The notes below the pieces were generated by a model. The model searched no databases. It was not told the DNA's origin and saw only the letters and a program-made list of their open reading frames with translations. This document shows, in pieces, positions 8,100-16,105 of a stretch of DNA of 36,215 bases. This DNA comes from a virus (lineage: Duplodnaviria; Heunggongvirae; Uroviricota; Caudoviricetes), in the IMG/VR virus record IMGVR_UViG_2579779009_000001, positions 1 through 36,215 of that record. The stretch is one strand, 5' to 3'. Each line of letters begins with the position of its first letter. The first letter of the stretch is position 1. A program made the translations under genes and the position numbers.

Positions 8100-8804
8100 C
8101 TAAAGCCGGTTGTATTTAATTGATTCGTGTATCAATGCTTTGCCCATAACATAAAGTTGATCTTGGGACTTCTCATCAATGTACCATTTCTCATAGGCTG
8201 GATTATCCGAAAGAACGGCGAGTTTGTTGCCTTGCATTTGTAGACGTTTAACGTGGAACGTCTTACCATAAACGAAAGAGTAAACACCATCAGTTTGGAA
8301 GTTGCGAACAGAAATGTCGACAAACAGTCGATCTCCGGAAACTAGAGTAGGGGACATGCTGTCGCCATTTACAGTCATAACTTTAATATCATCTTGAGAA
8401 CGATTACCGAAAAGAGAACGGGCATGCTCTGTTGTGAACTCAATGGCGTAGAGCACATCAACATAGTCTGAAAGCATATAGGTCCCAGGTCCTGCGCTAA
8501 CGCTAAGATCCAAAACTTCTATCCTGTATACATCGGGTTTTGTTGGATTGGGGATGCTTGCCATTTCCTTACATCCTTCTCTCTCGCCAACACCATATTC
8601 TAAATATGAAGCTGATACCCCCAGAGCCAATGCAAGTTTATTCATGACAGAGGCACGAGGCTTCGCAGCGCCGATTGTGTATCGCCGCGCCATTTCATAT
8701 GTAACGCCCACAAGACTTTTGAGTTGGGTGACAGAAATTCCCTTGTTTGTCATTAGCTCGTTTAGTCTCTTGGCGAAATCTGGATACTTCTGTTCTTCTA
8801 CCAT
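8100..8804 (-). CDS. cI: CI-type prophage repressor (N-terminal HTH + C-terminal S24 LexA-like autopeptidase); start uncertain (8804, 8840 or 8861)
   Basis: HTH region (KRLNELMTNKGISVTQLKSLVGVTYEMARRY), S24-like C-terminus (MTVNGDSMSPTLVSGDRLFVD...KR); divergent from a cro-like gene; the 5' 57 nt of the track ORF contain operator repeats, so the 8804 start (MVEEQ...) is preferred. Confidence 0.85.
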   Translation of the reverse strand: MVEEQKYPDFAKRLNELMTNKGISVTQLKSLVGVTYEMARRYTIGAAKPRASVMNKLALALGVSASYLEYGVGEREGCKEMASIPNPTKPDVYRIEVLDLSVSAGPGTYMLSDYVDVLYAIEFTTEHARSLFGNRSQDDIKVMTVNGDSMSPTLVSGDRLFVDISVRNFQTDGVYSFVYGKTFHVKRLQMQGNKLAVLSDNPAYEKWYIDEKSQDQLYVMGKALIHESIKYNRL

Positions 8805-8842
8805 AGGTAGAAGATTACTCGCATCACATACGCTAGTCATTT

Positions 8843-8878
8843 CTATTTTAAGTAGTTGCATTTTGCTATTTTAAGTAG
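8843..8878. promoter_or_regulatory. OR-like operator repeats (two copies of CTATTTTAAGTAG) in the cI-cro divergent promoter region
   Basis: Direct read: tCTATTTTAAGTAGttgcattttgCTATTTTAAGTAGca; same half-site as the OL palindrome at 6616-6634. Confidence 0.6.
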
Positions 8879-8910
8879 CATCATCCATCTGAATTTCGGA
8901 GGAGAAAGGT

Positions 8911-9174
8911 ATGTCATCTCAAAACTACACAGAGAAAGCAGTAAAAGCTGCGGGAAAATCTTTATCTGAAGTAGCCCGTCACTTTGGTTTTAAGTCCACT
9001 CAATCCGTCGCTAATTGGGTAATTAACAATCAAGTCCCGTCAGAACGGGTTTTACAACTTTGTGAGTTGGGAAACTGGTCCGTGACCCCTCATGAACTGC
9101 GTCCTGATATTTACCCCAATCCAAATGATGGATTACCTGAGTGCTATTCAAAAGTTAGCGGTTCAGCTGCGTAA
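8911..9174 (+). CDS. cro: Cro-like HTH regulator (87 aa)
   Basis: GGAGGAGAAAGG RBS; divergent from cI; HTH-like segment (KSLSEVARHFGFKSTQSVANWV). Confidence 0.7.
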   Translation: MSSQNYTEKAVKAAGKSLSEVARHFGFKSTQSVANWVINNQVPSERVLQLCELGNWSVTPHELRPDIYPNPNDGLPECYSKVSGSAA

Positions 9175-9202
9175 ACGTAACCACAGAAACGAGGAGTTAA
9201 CC

Positions 9203-9754
9203 GTGGGTAAGCATCACTGGAAAATAGAAAAACAGCCTGAGTGGTACGTGAAAGCTGTCAGAAAAACTATCGCGGCGTTGCCGGGTGGTTACGCTGAAGC
9301 GGCTGACTGGCTGGATGTAACAGAGAACGCATTATTTAACCGCCTTCGTGCCGATGGCGATCAGATTTTCCCGCTGGGATGGGCAATGATTTTGCAACGT
9401 GCTGGTGGAACTCACTTCATTGCTGACGCTGTGGCGCAGTCTGCAAATGGCGTCTTTGTGTCTCTTCCTGACGTCGAGGATGTGGACAACGCCGATATTA
9501 ACCAGCGTCTGCTGGAAGTCATTGAACAGATCGGCAGTTATTCAAAACAGATTCGTTCAGCAATCGAAGACGGTGTAGTGGAACCGCATGAGAAGACAGC
9601 AATTAACGACGAGCTGTATCTCTCAATTTCGAAGCTGCAGGAGCATGCAGCACTGGTCTACAAAATCTTTTGCATTTCAGAAAGTAATGACGCCCGCGAG
9701 TGTGCAGCTCCGGGCGCCGTGGCGTGTCGTGACTGTGGAGAAACTAACGCATGA
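9203..9754 (+). CDS. CII-like phage regulatory protein (CP76-type; GTG start)
   Basis: GAGGAG RBS 6 nt before GTG; position immediately after cro; the track's upstream ATG start would overlap cro and is rejected. Confidence 0.6.
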   Translation: MGKHHWKIEKQPEWYVKAVRKTIAALPGGYAEAADWLDVTENALFNRLRADGDQIFPLGWAMILQRAGGTHFIADAVAQSANGVFVSLPDVEDVDNADINQRLLEVIEQIGSYSKQIRSAIEDGVVEPHEKTAINDELYLSISKLQEHAALVYKIFCISESNDARECAAPGAVACRDCGETNA

Positions 9755-10089
9755 ACAGTTTAACAACACACTACCGTCGCTCGCAACTGATTGCGCTTCC
9801 TGTACCGGGTGGAAAAGCGAAGGTGGAGTATTGCTATGCAGTGAATGTACCAGGTGACAGGGAAATTGTAACCCACAGCTTTGCAGAGTGGGCTGTGGGT
9901 GATTTCAACCGGCAGAAGGAGACAGTCCTTTGCGACAAGTTAACCGCTGGTTCAAAGATCACTACGGAGTGCCCGTCAGAGTCATTCGTTGGGAACCGGA
10001 AACACAACGGGTTATCTACCTCCGCGAAGGCTATGAGCATGAGTGCTTCAGTCCGCTCGAACAGTTTCGTCGTAAATTCAGGGAAATAG
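9751..10089 (+). CDS. Hypothetical ORF (112 aa); reading frame uncertain, see alternative ORF 9930..10109
   Basis: Start ATG overlaps the cII-like stop (ATGA); the C-terminal half is Ser-rich and low-complexity, while a different frame has a strong RBS. Confidence 0.35.
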   Translation: MNSLTTHYRRSQLIALPVPGGKAKVEYCYAVNVPGDREIVTHSFAEWAVGDFNRQKETVLCDKLTAGSKITTECPSESFVGNRKHNGLSTSAKAMSMSASVRSNSFVVNSGK

Positions 10090-10098
10090 AGGTCGGTC

Positions 10099-11040
10099 AT
10101 GAGCACTAAATTAACCGGCTATGTATGGGATGGTTGCGCAGCGTCAGGCATGAAATTATCCAGCGTGGCAATTATGGCCCGCCTGGCTGATTTCAGTAAT
10201 GACGAAGGTGTGTGCTGGCCATCGATTGAAACCATTGCCCGCCAGATTGGCGCGGGGATGAGTACCGTCAGAACGGCTATCGCACGGCTGGAAGCAGAAG
10301 GCTGGTTAACGCGTAAGGCGCGTCGCCAGGGTAACCGCAATGCGTCGAATGTTTATCAGCTTAACGTTGCGAAGCTTCAGGCAGCGGCATTTTCTCAACT
10401 GTCAGATTCTGACCCGTCAAAATCTGACGCATCAAAATCTGACCCGTCAAAATTTGATGCGTCGAAATCTGGCAAAAAAGCGGGTTTTCACCCGTCAGAA
10501 TCTGGCGGGGATCCGTCAGTAAAATCAAAACATGATCCATCAGATAAAAAACCTTCTCGTCCGGACGCTTCGCAACCGGACACGCAGATGGATGAACAGG
10601 ATTTTTTAACTCGCCATCCTGATGCGGTTGTATTCAGCCCTAAAAAGCGCCAGTGGGGAACGCAGGATGATTTGACCTGCGCACAGTGGCTCTGGAAAAA
10701 AATCATCGCCCTGTACGAGCAGGCCGCCGAATGTGACGGCGAGGTGGTTCGTCCCAAAGAACCTAACTGGACAGCCTGGGCAAACGAAATTCGCCTGATG
10801 TGTGTGCAGGATGGTCGTACTCACAAACAAATCTGCGAGATGTACAGCCGCGTCAGCCGCGATCCGTTCTGGTGCCGTAACGTGCTCAGCCCGTCGAAGT
10901 TGCGGGAAAAATGGGATGAGCTTTCCCTGCGCTTATCGCCGTCCGTCAGCACGCACACAGAAAAACGCGAAGACCCGTACTTCAAAGCCAGTTACGACAA
11001 TGTGGACTACAGCCAGATCCCGGCGGGATTCAGGGGGTGA
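10099..11040 (+). CDS. Replication initiator (lambda O-like: N-terminal HTH, iteron-bearing middle, C-terminal domain)
   Basis: N-terminal HTH (ETIARQIGAGMSTVRTAIARLEAEGWL); low-complexity middle encoded by DNA iterons; position after cro/cII. Confidence 0.75.
   Translation: MSTKLTGYVWDGCAASGMKLSSVAIMARLADFSNDEGVCWPSIETIARQIGAGMSTVRTAIARLEAEGWLTRKARRQGNRNASNVYQLNVAKLQAAAFSQLSDSDPSKSDASKSDPSKFDASKSGKKAGFHPSESGGDPSVKSKHDPSDKKPSRPDASQPDTQMDEQDFLTRHPDAVVFSPKKRQWGTQDDLTCAQWLWKKIIALYEQAAECDGEVVRPKEPNWTAWANEIRLMCVQDGRTHKQICEMYSRVSRDPFWCRNVLSPSKLREKWDELSLRLSPSVSTHTEKREDPYFKASYDNVDYSQIPAGFRG
10401..10553. repeat. Iteron array plus adjacent A+T-rich tract (candidate phage origin) inside the replication initiator gene
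   Basis: At least six ~12-15-bp direct repeats of the form (C)CGTCAAAATCTGAC, followed by aaaatcaaaacatgatccatcagataaaaaa; encodes the DPSKSDASKSDPSKFDASKS repeat. Confidence 0.7.
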
Positions 11041-11042
11041 TC

Positions 11043-11531
11043 ATGAGTCTTTTGAATGACGTTCAGAAATTCATTGAAGCCCATCCGGGGTGTACTTCCG
11101 GAGACATTGCGGATGCTTTTGCAGGTTACTCACGGCAGCGCGTTCTGCAGTCAGCAAGCAAGTTACGTCAGAGTGGGCGTGTGGCTCACCGTTGTGAAGG
11201 AGATACACGCAGACATTTCCCGCGCCTGACTGAGAGAGCGCAGGAGCCGGAACCACAACCAGTTCGTGAAACCAGACCTGTGCGCAATTTCTATGTCGGC
11301 ACTAACGATCCACGGGTAATTTTGTGCCTGACCCGCCAGGCTGAAGAACTGGAGTCCAGGGGCTTATACCGTCGTGCTGCAACCGTGTGGATGGCGGCAT
11401 TCCGTGAAAGCCACTCCCAACCAGAACGAAACAATTTTCTGACGCGTCGTGAGCGGTGTTTACGGAAAAGCAGCAAGCGCGCTGCATCGGGTGAAGAGTG
11501 GTATCTGTCAGGGAATTACGTGGGGGCTTAA
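11043..11531 (+). CDS. Hypothetical protein, possible winged-helix (162 aa), in the position of a helicase-loader gene
   Basis: AGGGGG RBS then ATG at 11043; start abuts the O-like stop; Arg-rich basic protein; no recognisable DnaC/P motifs. Confidence 0.5.
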   Translation: MSLLNDVQKFIEAHPGCTSGDIADAFAGYSRQRVLQSASKLRQSGRVAHRCEGDTRRHFPRLTERAQEPEPQPVRETRPVRNFYVGTNDPRVILCLTRQAEELESRGLYRRAATVWMAAFRESHSQPERNNFLTRRERCLRKSSKRAASGEEWYLSGNYVGA

Positions 11532-12184
11532 TGAGTAATAAATATTGCCAGGCGCTGGTGGAACTGCGGAACAAACCAGCCCATGAACTGAAGGAAGTGG
11601 GCGATCAGTGGCGCACGCCGGATAACATTTTCTGGGGAATTAACACCCTGTTTGGCCCGTTTGTTCTGGATCTGTTCACTGACGGTGATAACGCCAAATG
11701 TGCTGCGTATTACACGGCGGAAGACAACGCGCTGGCGCATGACTGGTCAGAACGTCTTGCGGAGCTTAAAGGTGCTGCCTTTGGTAATCCCCCATACAGC
11801 CGCGCCAGTCAGCATGAGGGGCAATATATCACAGGCATGCGTTACATCATGAAGCATGCCAGTGCCATGCGTGATAAAGGTGGGCGCTATGTTTTCCTGA
11901 TCAAAGCTGCCACCAGCGAAGTGTGGTGGCCGGAAGATGCAGATCATATTGCTTTTATTCGCGGGCGTATCGGTTTTGAACTGCCTGCCTGGTTTATCCC
12001 GAAGGATGGGAAGCAGGTGCCGACAGGCGCTTTCTTCGCTGGTGCTATTGCTGTTTTCGACAAGACCTGGAAGGGACCGGCAATCAGCTACATCGGGCGC
12101 GATGAACTTGAGGCATGTGGTGAGGCCTTTCTGGCGCAGGTTCGCCTGCAGGCAGAAAAACTGGTCAGGGAGATGGCGGCATGA
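11531..12184 (+). CDS. Phage N6-adenine DNA methyltransferase (Dam-like)
   Basis: NPPY catalytic motif (AAFGNPPYSRASQ); start ATG overlaps the upstream stop (TAATG). Confidence 0.8.
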   Translation: MSNKYCQALVELRNKPAHELKEVGDQWRTPDNIFWGINTLFGPFVLDLFTDGDNAKCAAYYTAEDNALAHDWSERLAELKGAAFGNPPYSRASQHEGQYITGMRYIMKHASAMRDKGGRYVFLIKAATSEVWWPEDADHIAFIRGRIGFELPAWFIPKDGKQVPTGAFFAGAIAVFDKTWKGPAISYIGRDELEACGEAFLAQVRLQAEKLVREMAA

Positions 12185-12507
12185 CGAAGTTAACTCAATG
12201 CCAGCAGCAGGTGCTGGATATGCTGATTTCTTATCAGAAAGAACGTGGCTTCCCGCCAACCAATCAGGAAGTGGCAACGATGCTGGGATACCGTTCGGTG
12301 AATGCAGCGGTGGAGCATCTTCGCGCACTGGAGAAAAAAGGCGTCATCACGATAAAGCGTGGTGTGGCCCGGGGGATCACGCTTCATACCGCGGTGAAGG
12401 ACGACGACAGCGAGGCGGTCGGGATTATCCGCTCACTGCTTGCCGGTGAGGAAAACGCAAGGCTGCGTGCAACTCACTGGTTACATGAGAGAGGCCTGAA
12501 AGTATGA
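12181..12507 (+). CDS. LexA N-terminal DNA-binding-domain-only protein (108 aa, no S24 peptidase domain)
   Basis: Aligns along the whole LexA DBD: LTQCQQQVLDMLISYQKERGFPPTNQEVATMLGYRSVNAAVEHLRALEKKGVI vs E. coli LexA [53 protein letters not shown]; ends after ~35 further residues. Confidence 0.75.
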   Translation: MTKLTQCQQQVLDMLISYQKERGFPPTNQEVATMLGYRSVNAAVEHLRALEKKGVITIKRGVARGITLHTAVKDDDSEAVGIIRSLLAGEENARLRATHWLHERGLKV

Positions 12508-12893
12508 AGCTGATCCTGCCTTTCCCGCCCAGCGTGAACACGTACTGGCGACACCCCAACAAAGGGGCATTTGCTGGTAAGAGCCTGATAAGCGCGGCGG
12601 GGCGAAAATTTCAGAGCGCGGCGTGTGCAGCAATAGTTGAGCAGTTACGTCGTCTGCCAAAACCAACGTCGGCACCTGCTTCAGTGGAGATCGTGTTGTT
12701 TCCTCCGGATAACCGGATCCGCGATCTGGACAACTATAACAAGGCGCTGTTTGACGCCCTGACCCATGCGGGTGTGTGGGAAGACGACAGACAGGTGAAA
12801 AGAATGCTGGTGGAGTGGGGACCGGTTATCCCGAAAGGGAAGGTCGAGATCACTATCAGTAAGTATGAGAAACCGGCGGGTGCAGCCGCCTGA
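12504..12893 (+). CDS. rusA: RusA-type Holliday junction resolvase
   Basis: PFPPSVNTYWRH...DLDNYNKALFDALTHAGVWEDDRQV matches the RusA family; nin-region position. Confidence 0.85.
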   Translation: MKLILPFPPSVNTYWRHPNKGAFAGKSLISAAGRKFQSAACAAIVEQLRRLPKPTSAPASVEIVLFPPDNRIRDLDNYNKALFDALTHAGVWEDDRQVKRMLVEWGPVIPKGKVEITISKYEKPAGAAA

Positions 12894-12912
12894 TTAAGAG
12901 GAGAAACGAAGT

Positions 12913-13722
12913 ATGAATAATCTGATGGTCATTGATGGTATTGAAGTTCGTCGTGATGCTTATGGGCGTTACAGCCTGAACGATCTGCATCGCGCAGCAG
13001 TAGCATCTGGTGCAAATGCCAGAACCAAGGAGCCAGGAAAGTTTCTTTCCAGCCAACAAACTGTTGAGCTTGTTCATGAATTGACCAACACCCAGAATTT
13101 GGGTGTTGACCCGGTGAGTGTGATTCATGGGGGAAATGAACGGGGAACGTATGTCTGCAAAGAACTGGTGTATGCCTATGCAATGTGGATCAGCCCGTCA
13201 TTCCATCTGAAGGTGATCCGTACTTTCGATATGGTAACCAGCGCACCGGAAAAATTATCCGGGCAGGCTGCTGACAAGATGCAGGCTGGTGTGATTCTGC
13301 TGGACTTTATGCGCAGGGAGTTAAACCTGTCTAACTCTTCAGTGCTTGGTGCCTGTCAGAAACTCCAGGAGGCTGTTGGCTTACCGAATCTGGCACCGCG
13401 CTATGCCATTGATGCTCCTGCTGACGCGCCTGATGGCTCAAGCCGCCCCACGCTGTCACTGAGTGCACTGCTGAAGCAGTATGGTATCCGCCTGACAGCT
13501 AATCAGGCATATCACCAGATGGTGAAACTGGGGATCGTCGAACAGCGCGAACGATACAGCCGTACCGCGATTAACAACATCAAAAAATTCTGGTCGCTGA
13601 CGGCGAAAGGCTGCATGTTCGGCAAGAACATCACCAGTCCCGCAAATCCGCGCGAGACGCAGCCGCATTTCTTCGAATCCCGATTCCCTGAGCTGTTAAA
13701 GCTGCTCGATACCGTTCATTGA
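12913..13722 (+). CDS. KilA-N domain protein (possible antirepressor)
   Basis: N-terminal KilA-N-type segment (VIDGIEVRRDAYGRYSLNDLHRAA); GAGGAGAAACGAAG RBS. Confidence 0.7.
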   Translation: MNNLMVIDGIEVRRDAYGRYSLNDLHRAAVASGANARTKEPGKFLSSQQTVELVHELTNTQNLGVDPVSVIHGGNERGTYVCKELVYAYAMWISPSFHLKVIRTFDMVTSAPEKLSGQAADKMQAGVILLDFMRRELNLSNSSVLGACQKLQEAVGLPNLAPRYAIDAPADAPDGSSRPTLSLSALLKQYGIRLTANQAYHQMVKLGIVEQRERYSRTAINNIKKFWSLTAKGCMFGKNITSPANPRETQPHFFESRFPELLKLLDTVH

Positions 13723-13723
13723 G

Positions 13724-14719
13724 GTGACCGTGAGAGCACTACTGACCCCTGAAATTGCCCCGCGTATGGGGATCGTATTGTTCAGACCAGGTTCAGAGCT
13801 GATGCCCCTGTTTATGCAGGGGCGTGTCCTGCTGGAGCCTGAGCCGGAACGTTATTCATCTTTCGCCAGTGGTGCCGTTCCGGCGGCATCACAACCGCTG
13901 GCGGATGATCCTGCCGTTCGGGCAGTGTTCCGCAATGAGGCAGTGATTCGTCGTGCTGGTGGAGTGGAATGTCTTGAAAGCTGGTTACTTCGTGAAAAAG
14001 GCTGTCAGTGGCCTCATTCCGACTGGCACAGCGAGAACATGACCACAATGCGACACGCGCCGGGCGCAATCCGTCTGTGCTGGCACTGTGATAACCAGCT
14101 GCGTGATCAGTTCACGGAACAGCTGGAATCAATGGCAACGGATAACTGTGCCCGCTGGGTGTTGTCTGTCGTGCGCCGTGATCTCGGTTTTGATGACAGT
14201 CACGTTGTGACAATGCCGGAGCTGTGCTGGTGGCTGGTTCGTAATGATCTGGCGGATGCCTTACCGGAAAGTGCAGCCCGTAAGGCACTGAGATTACCGA
14301 AGCCTGTTGTGCCGTCTGTCACCCGGGAAAGTGACCTTGTGCCTTCGCTTCCTGCCACCAGCATCATCCAGGATAAAGCGAAAAAGGTGCTGGTGCTGAA
14401 AGTGGAGCCGGAGTCGCCGGAGTCTTTTATGTTACGCCCAAAACGTCGCCGCTGGGTTAATGAAAAGTACACGCGCTGGGTTAAGACACAGCCGTGCTCA
14501 TGTTGTGGAAAACCTGCTGATGATCCCCACCACCTGATAGGTCACGGTCAGGGGGGAATGGGTATAAAAGCGCATGACCTCTTTGTGTTGCCTTTGTGCA
14601 GAAAGCATCACGACGAGCTGCATGCGGATACCGTGGCATTTGAAGAAAAGTATGGCTCCCAGTTGGAGCTGATATTTCGTTTTATCGATCGTGCGCTGGC
14701 AATTGGCGTGCTGGCCTGA
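13724..14719 (+). CDS. DUF968-family protein with Cys/His-rich C-terminus; start uncertain
   Basis: C-terminal CSCCGKPADDPHHL...CRKHHDELH cluster; position between KilA-N and Q; GTG start in track. Confidence 0.6.
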   Translation: MTVRALLTPEIAPRMGIVLFRPGSELMPLFMQGRVLLEPEPERYSSFASGAVPAASQPLADDPAVRAVFRNEAVIRRAGGVECLESWLLREKGCQWPHSDWHSENMTTMRHAPGAIRLCWHCDNQLRDQFTEQLESMATDNCARWVLSVVRRDLGFDDSHVVTMPELCWWLVRNDLADALPESAARKALRLPKPVVPSVTRESDLVPSLPATSIIQDKAKKVLVLKVEPESPESFMLRPKRRRWVNEKYTRWVKTQPCSCCGKPADDPHHLIGHGQGGMGIKAHDLFVLPLCRKHHDELHADTVAFEEKYGSQLELIFRFIDRALAIGVLA

Positions 14720-14736
14720 TTTTGTGGAGAAGGTTG

Positions 14737-15078
14737 ATGCGTGATATGTATGAAGTTTTGGACCGCTGGGGAGCATGGGCGGCAGCAGATAACAGTGGTG
14801 TGGACTGGCAACCGATAGCTGCAGGCTTCAAGGGGCTTTTACCTCATGGCAAAAAGTCTCGCCTCCAGTGTGATGATGATGAAGGGATCATGATAGACGG
14901 TTGTGTCGCACGGTTACGTAAATATAAACAAGAAGAATATGAGTTAGTTATTGCCCACTTTGTTATTGGTATTTCATTACGCACCATTGCGAAGAAGCGT
15001 AAGTGTTCTGATGGGACAATTAGAAAAGATATGCAAACAGCATTAGGTTTTGTTAGTGGTGTGCTATCAATGCTATGA
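14737..15078 (+). CDS. Putative late-gene antiterminator (Q-like, 113 aa)
   Basis: GGAGAAGG RBS before the ATG at 14737; last gene before the lysis region; C-terminal HTH-like segment. Call is by position and size, not strong homology. Confidence 0.5.
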   Translation: MRDMYEVLDRWGAWAAADNSGVDWQPIAAGFKGLLPHGKKSRLQCDDDEGIMIDGCVARLRKYKQEEYELVIAHFVIGISLRTIAKKRKCSDGTIRKDMQTALGFVSGVLSML

Positions 15079-15082
15079 TTAT

Positions 15083-15104
15083 AAGAGGCCTTAGGGCCTC
15101 TTTG
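15083..15104. terminator. Bidirectional hairpin between Q-like gene and the convergent moron operon
   Basis: AGAGGCC-ttag-GGCCTCT palindrome followed by TTTGCT on plus and TTATAAT on minus. Confidence 0.55.
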
Positions 15105-15845
15105 CTAAATTACTTGGATGATGAAAGAAACAATCAATGCTGCTAAACCACCAACGGCAGATACTTTGAATTCCGAACCACGAAATGCCATCTTCCCATT
15201 GACCTTTATATTATTTGCAATGAATGGCGAGATTCCAACGGCCGCACTCATGAAATATAAAGAGAAAATCATTTTCTTTTGAAATTCATTCAAATCTGGT
15301 ATTAGCAGCGTAATTGATAAAAAAATACAAAAACATAAAAATCCAATAATGGCAGTGACAATTAATTTCCAATTCATTGGTGTGCCTATAGTAAATCCAT
15401 CGATTGGCAAATTTCGAGACTCAAATTCAGCAATAATAGGTGTGTAAATATCTTTTGATGAATACTTTTTAATGATTCTTTGGAGGTTTGATAGACCATC
15501 TTTGCTATACAGTACAATATTGTTTGGATCAATTTCTAGGCATTTAATGTTTGACACCATCATGTCGTAGTATTCTAAATAAGTTTCCAGAACCGCTCGA
15601 CAGTCTCCAACTAAGGAAATGGCAAATGTCTTATTGTCATCCAGTTTACATAAATCTACTTTTTGAACTAATTTAACAGCGGTATTAAAATATTTTGAAG
15701 CATGCTGCTGAATTTCATGTAGGTCAGCAAGGTTTGATATACCATTACACAAGTATGGCTGAATACCACGTAAAAATCTTTCCTTTGCAGAAATCAGCTC
15801 CGACGTTACTTCGTCGGGGCTGATCTGAAACACATCATTATTCAT
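15105..15845 (-). CDS. Membrane protein of unknown function: ~155-aa N-terminal soluble domain plus three C-terminal TM helices (246 aa)
   Basis: Hydrophobic segments WKLIVTAIIGFLCFCIFLSITLLI, MIFSLYFMSAAVGISPFIA, VSAVGGLAALIVSFIIQVI; start overlaps the upstream gene stop (ATGA); AT-rich; opposite strand to flanking late genes. Confidence 0.7.
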   Translation of the reverse strand: MNNDVFQISPDEVTSELISAKERFLRGIQPYLCNGISNLADLHEIQQHASKYFNTAVKLVQKVDLCKLDDNKTFAISLVGDCRAVLETYLEYYDMMVSNIKCLEIDPNNIVLYSKDGLSNLQRIIKKYSSKDIYTPIIAEFESRNLPIDGFTIGTPMNWKLIVTAIIGFLCFCIFLSITLLIPDLNEFQKKMIFSLYFMSAAVGISPFIANNIKVNGKMAFRGSEFKVSAVGGLAALIVSFIIQVI

Positions 15846-16105
15846 TTTTGTTTTGGCGCCAGCATTCTTAATGCAGTGTTAAGATCAGAGTTGTCCACAC
15901 TGTCGGTGATTAAGAAATGGGTATTGGGAACATGACGGCTGATAATGCCTTGGAGCATGCTACGACTTATAACTTTACCACTTTGAATCGCGGAGTTAAT
16001 GTCATTTTGTATCAAAGTGATTTCACGCTCGGCACAGGGGAAACCCCACCGAGTAACACATGCATATTGACCAATTTTTCTCTTAACTTCCAAGTAGTTA
16101 CTCAT
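15842..16105 (-). CDS. Small soluble protein of unknown function (87 aa), first gene of the two-gene moron operon
   Basis: AAGGAG RBS 7 nt before ATG at 16105 (MSNYLEVKRKIGQYACVTRWGFPCAERE...); stop overlaps the start of the membrane-protein gene. Confidence 0.65.
   Translation of the reverse strand: MSNYLEVKRKIGQYACVTRWGFPCAEREITLIQNDINSAIQSGKVISRSMLQGIISRHVPNTHFLITDSVDNSDLNTALRMLAPKQK

Noticed and set aside
8132-8874. ORFs 8132..8323 (-) and 8548..8874 (+) overlapping cI
   Set aside because: Embedded in or antisense to the well-supported repressor gene; no independent support.
9092-9202. Upstream ATG start (9092) for the cII-like gene
   Set aside because: It would overlap the cro-like gene by 83 nt; a GTG at 9203 has a good GAGGAG RBS.
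9588-9857. ORF 9588..9857 (+)
   Set aside because: Out of frame within the 3' end of the cII-like gene; no RBS; Cys/Ser-biased composition.
10340-10522. ORF 10340..10522 (+) with repetitive LTRQNLT sequence; possible CRISPR-like repeats
   Set aside because: It is an alternative frame of the iteron array inside the O-like gene; the repeats are iterons (tandem, no spacers), not CRISPR.
11747-12449. ORFs 11747..12328 (-) and 11937..12449 (+) across the methyltransferase/LexA-DBD genes
   Set aside because: Antisense or out-of-frame overlaps of two well-supported coupled genes; Pro/Ser/Arg-rich translations.
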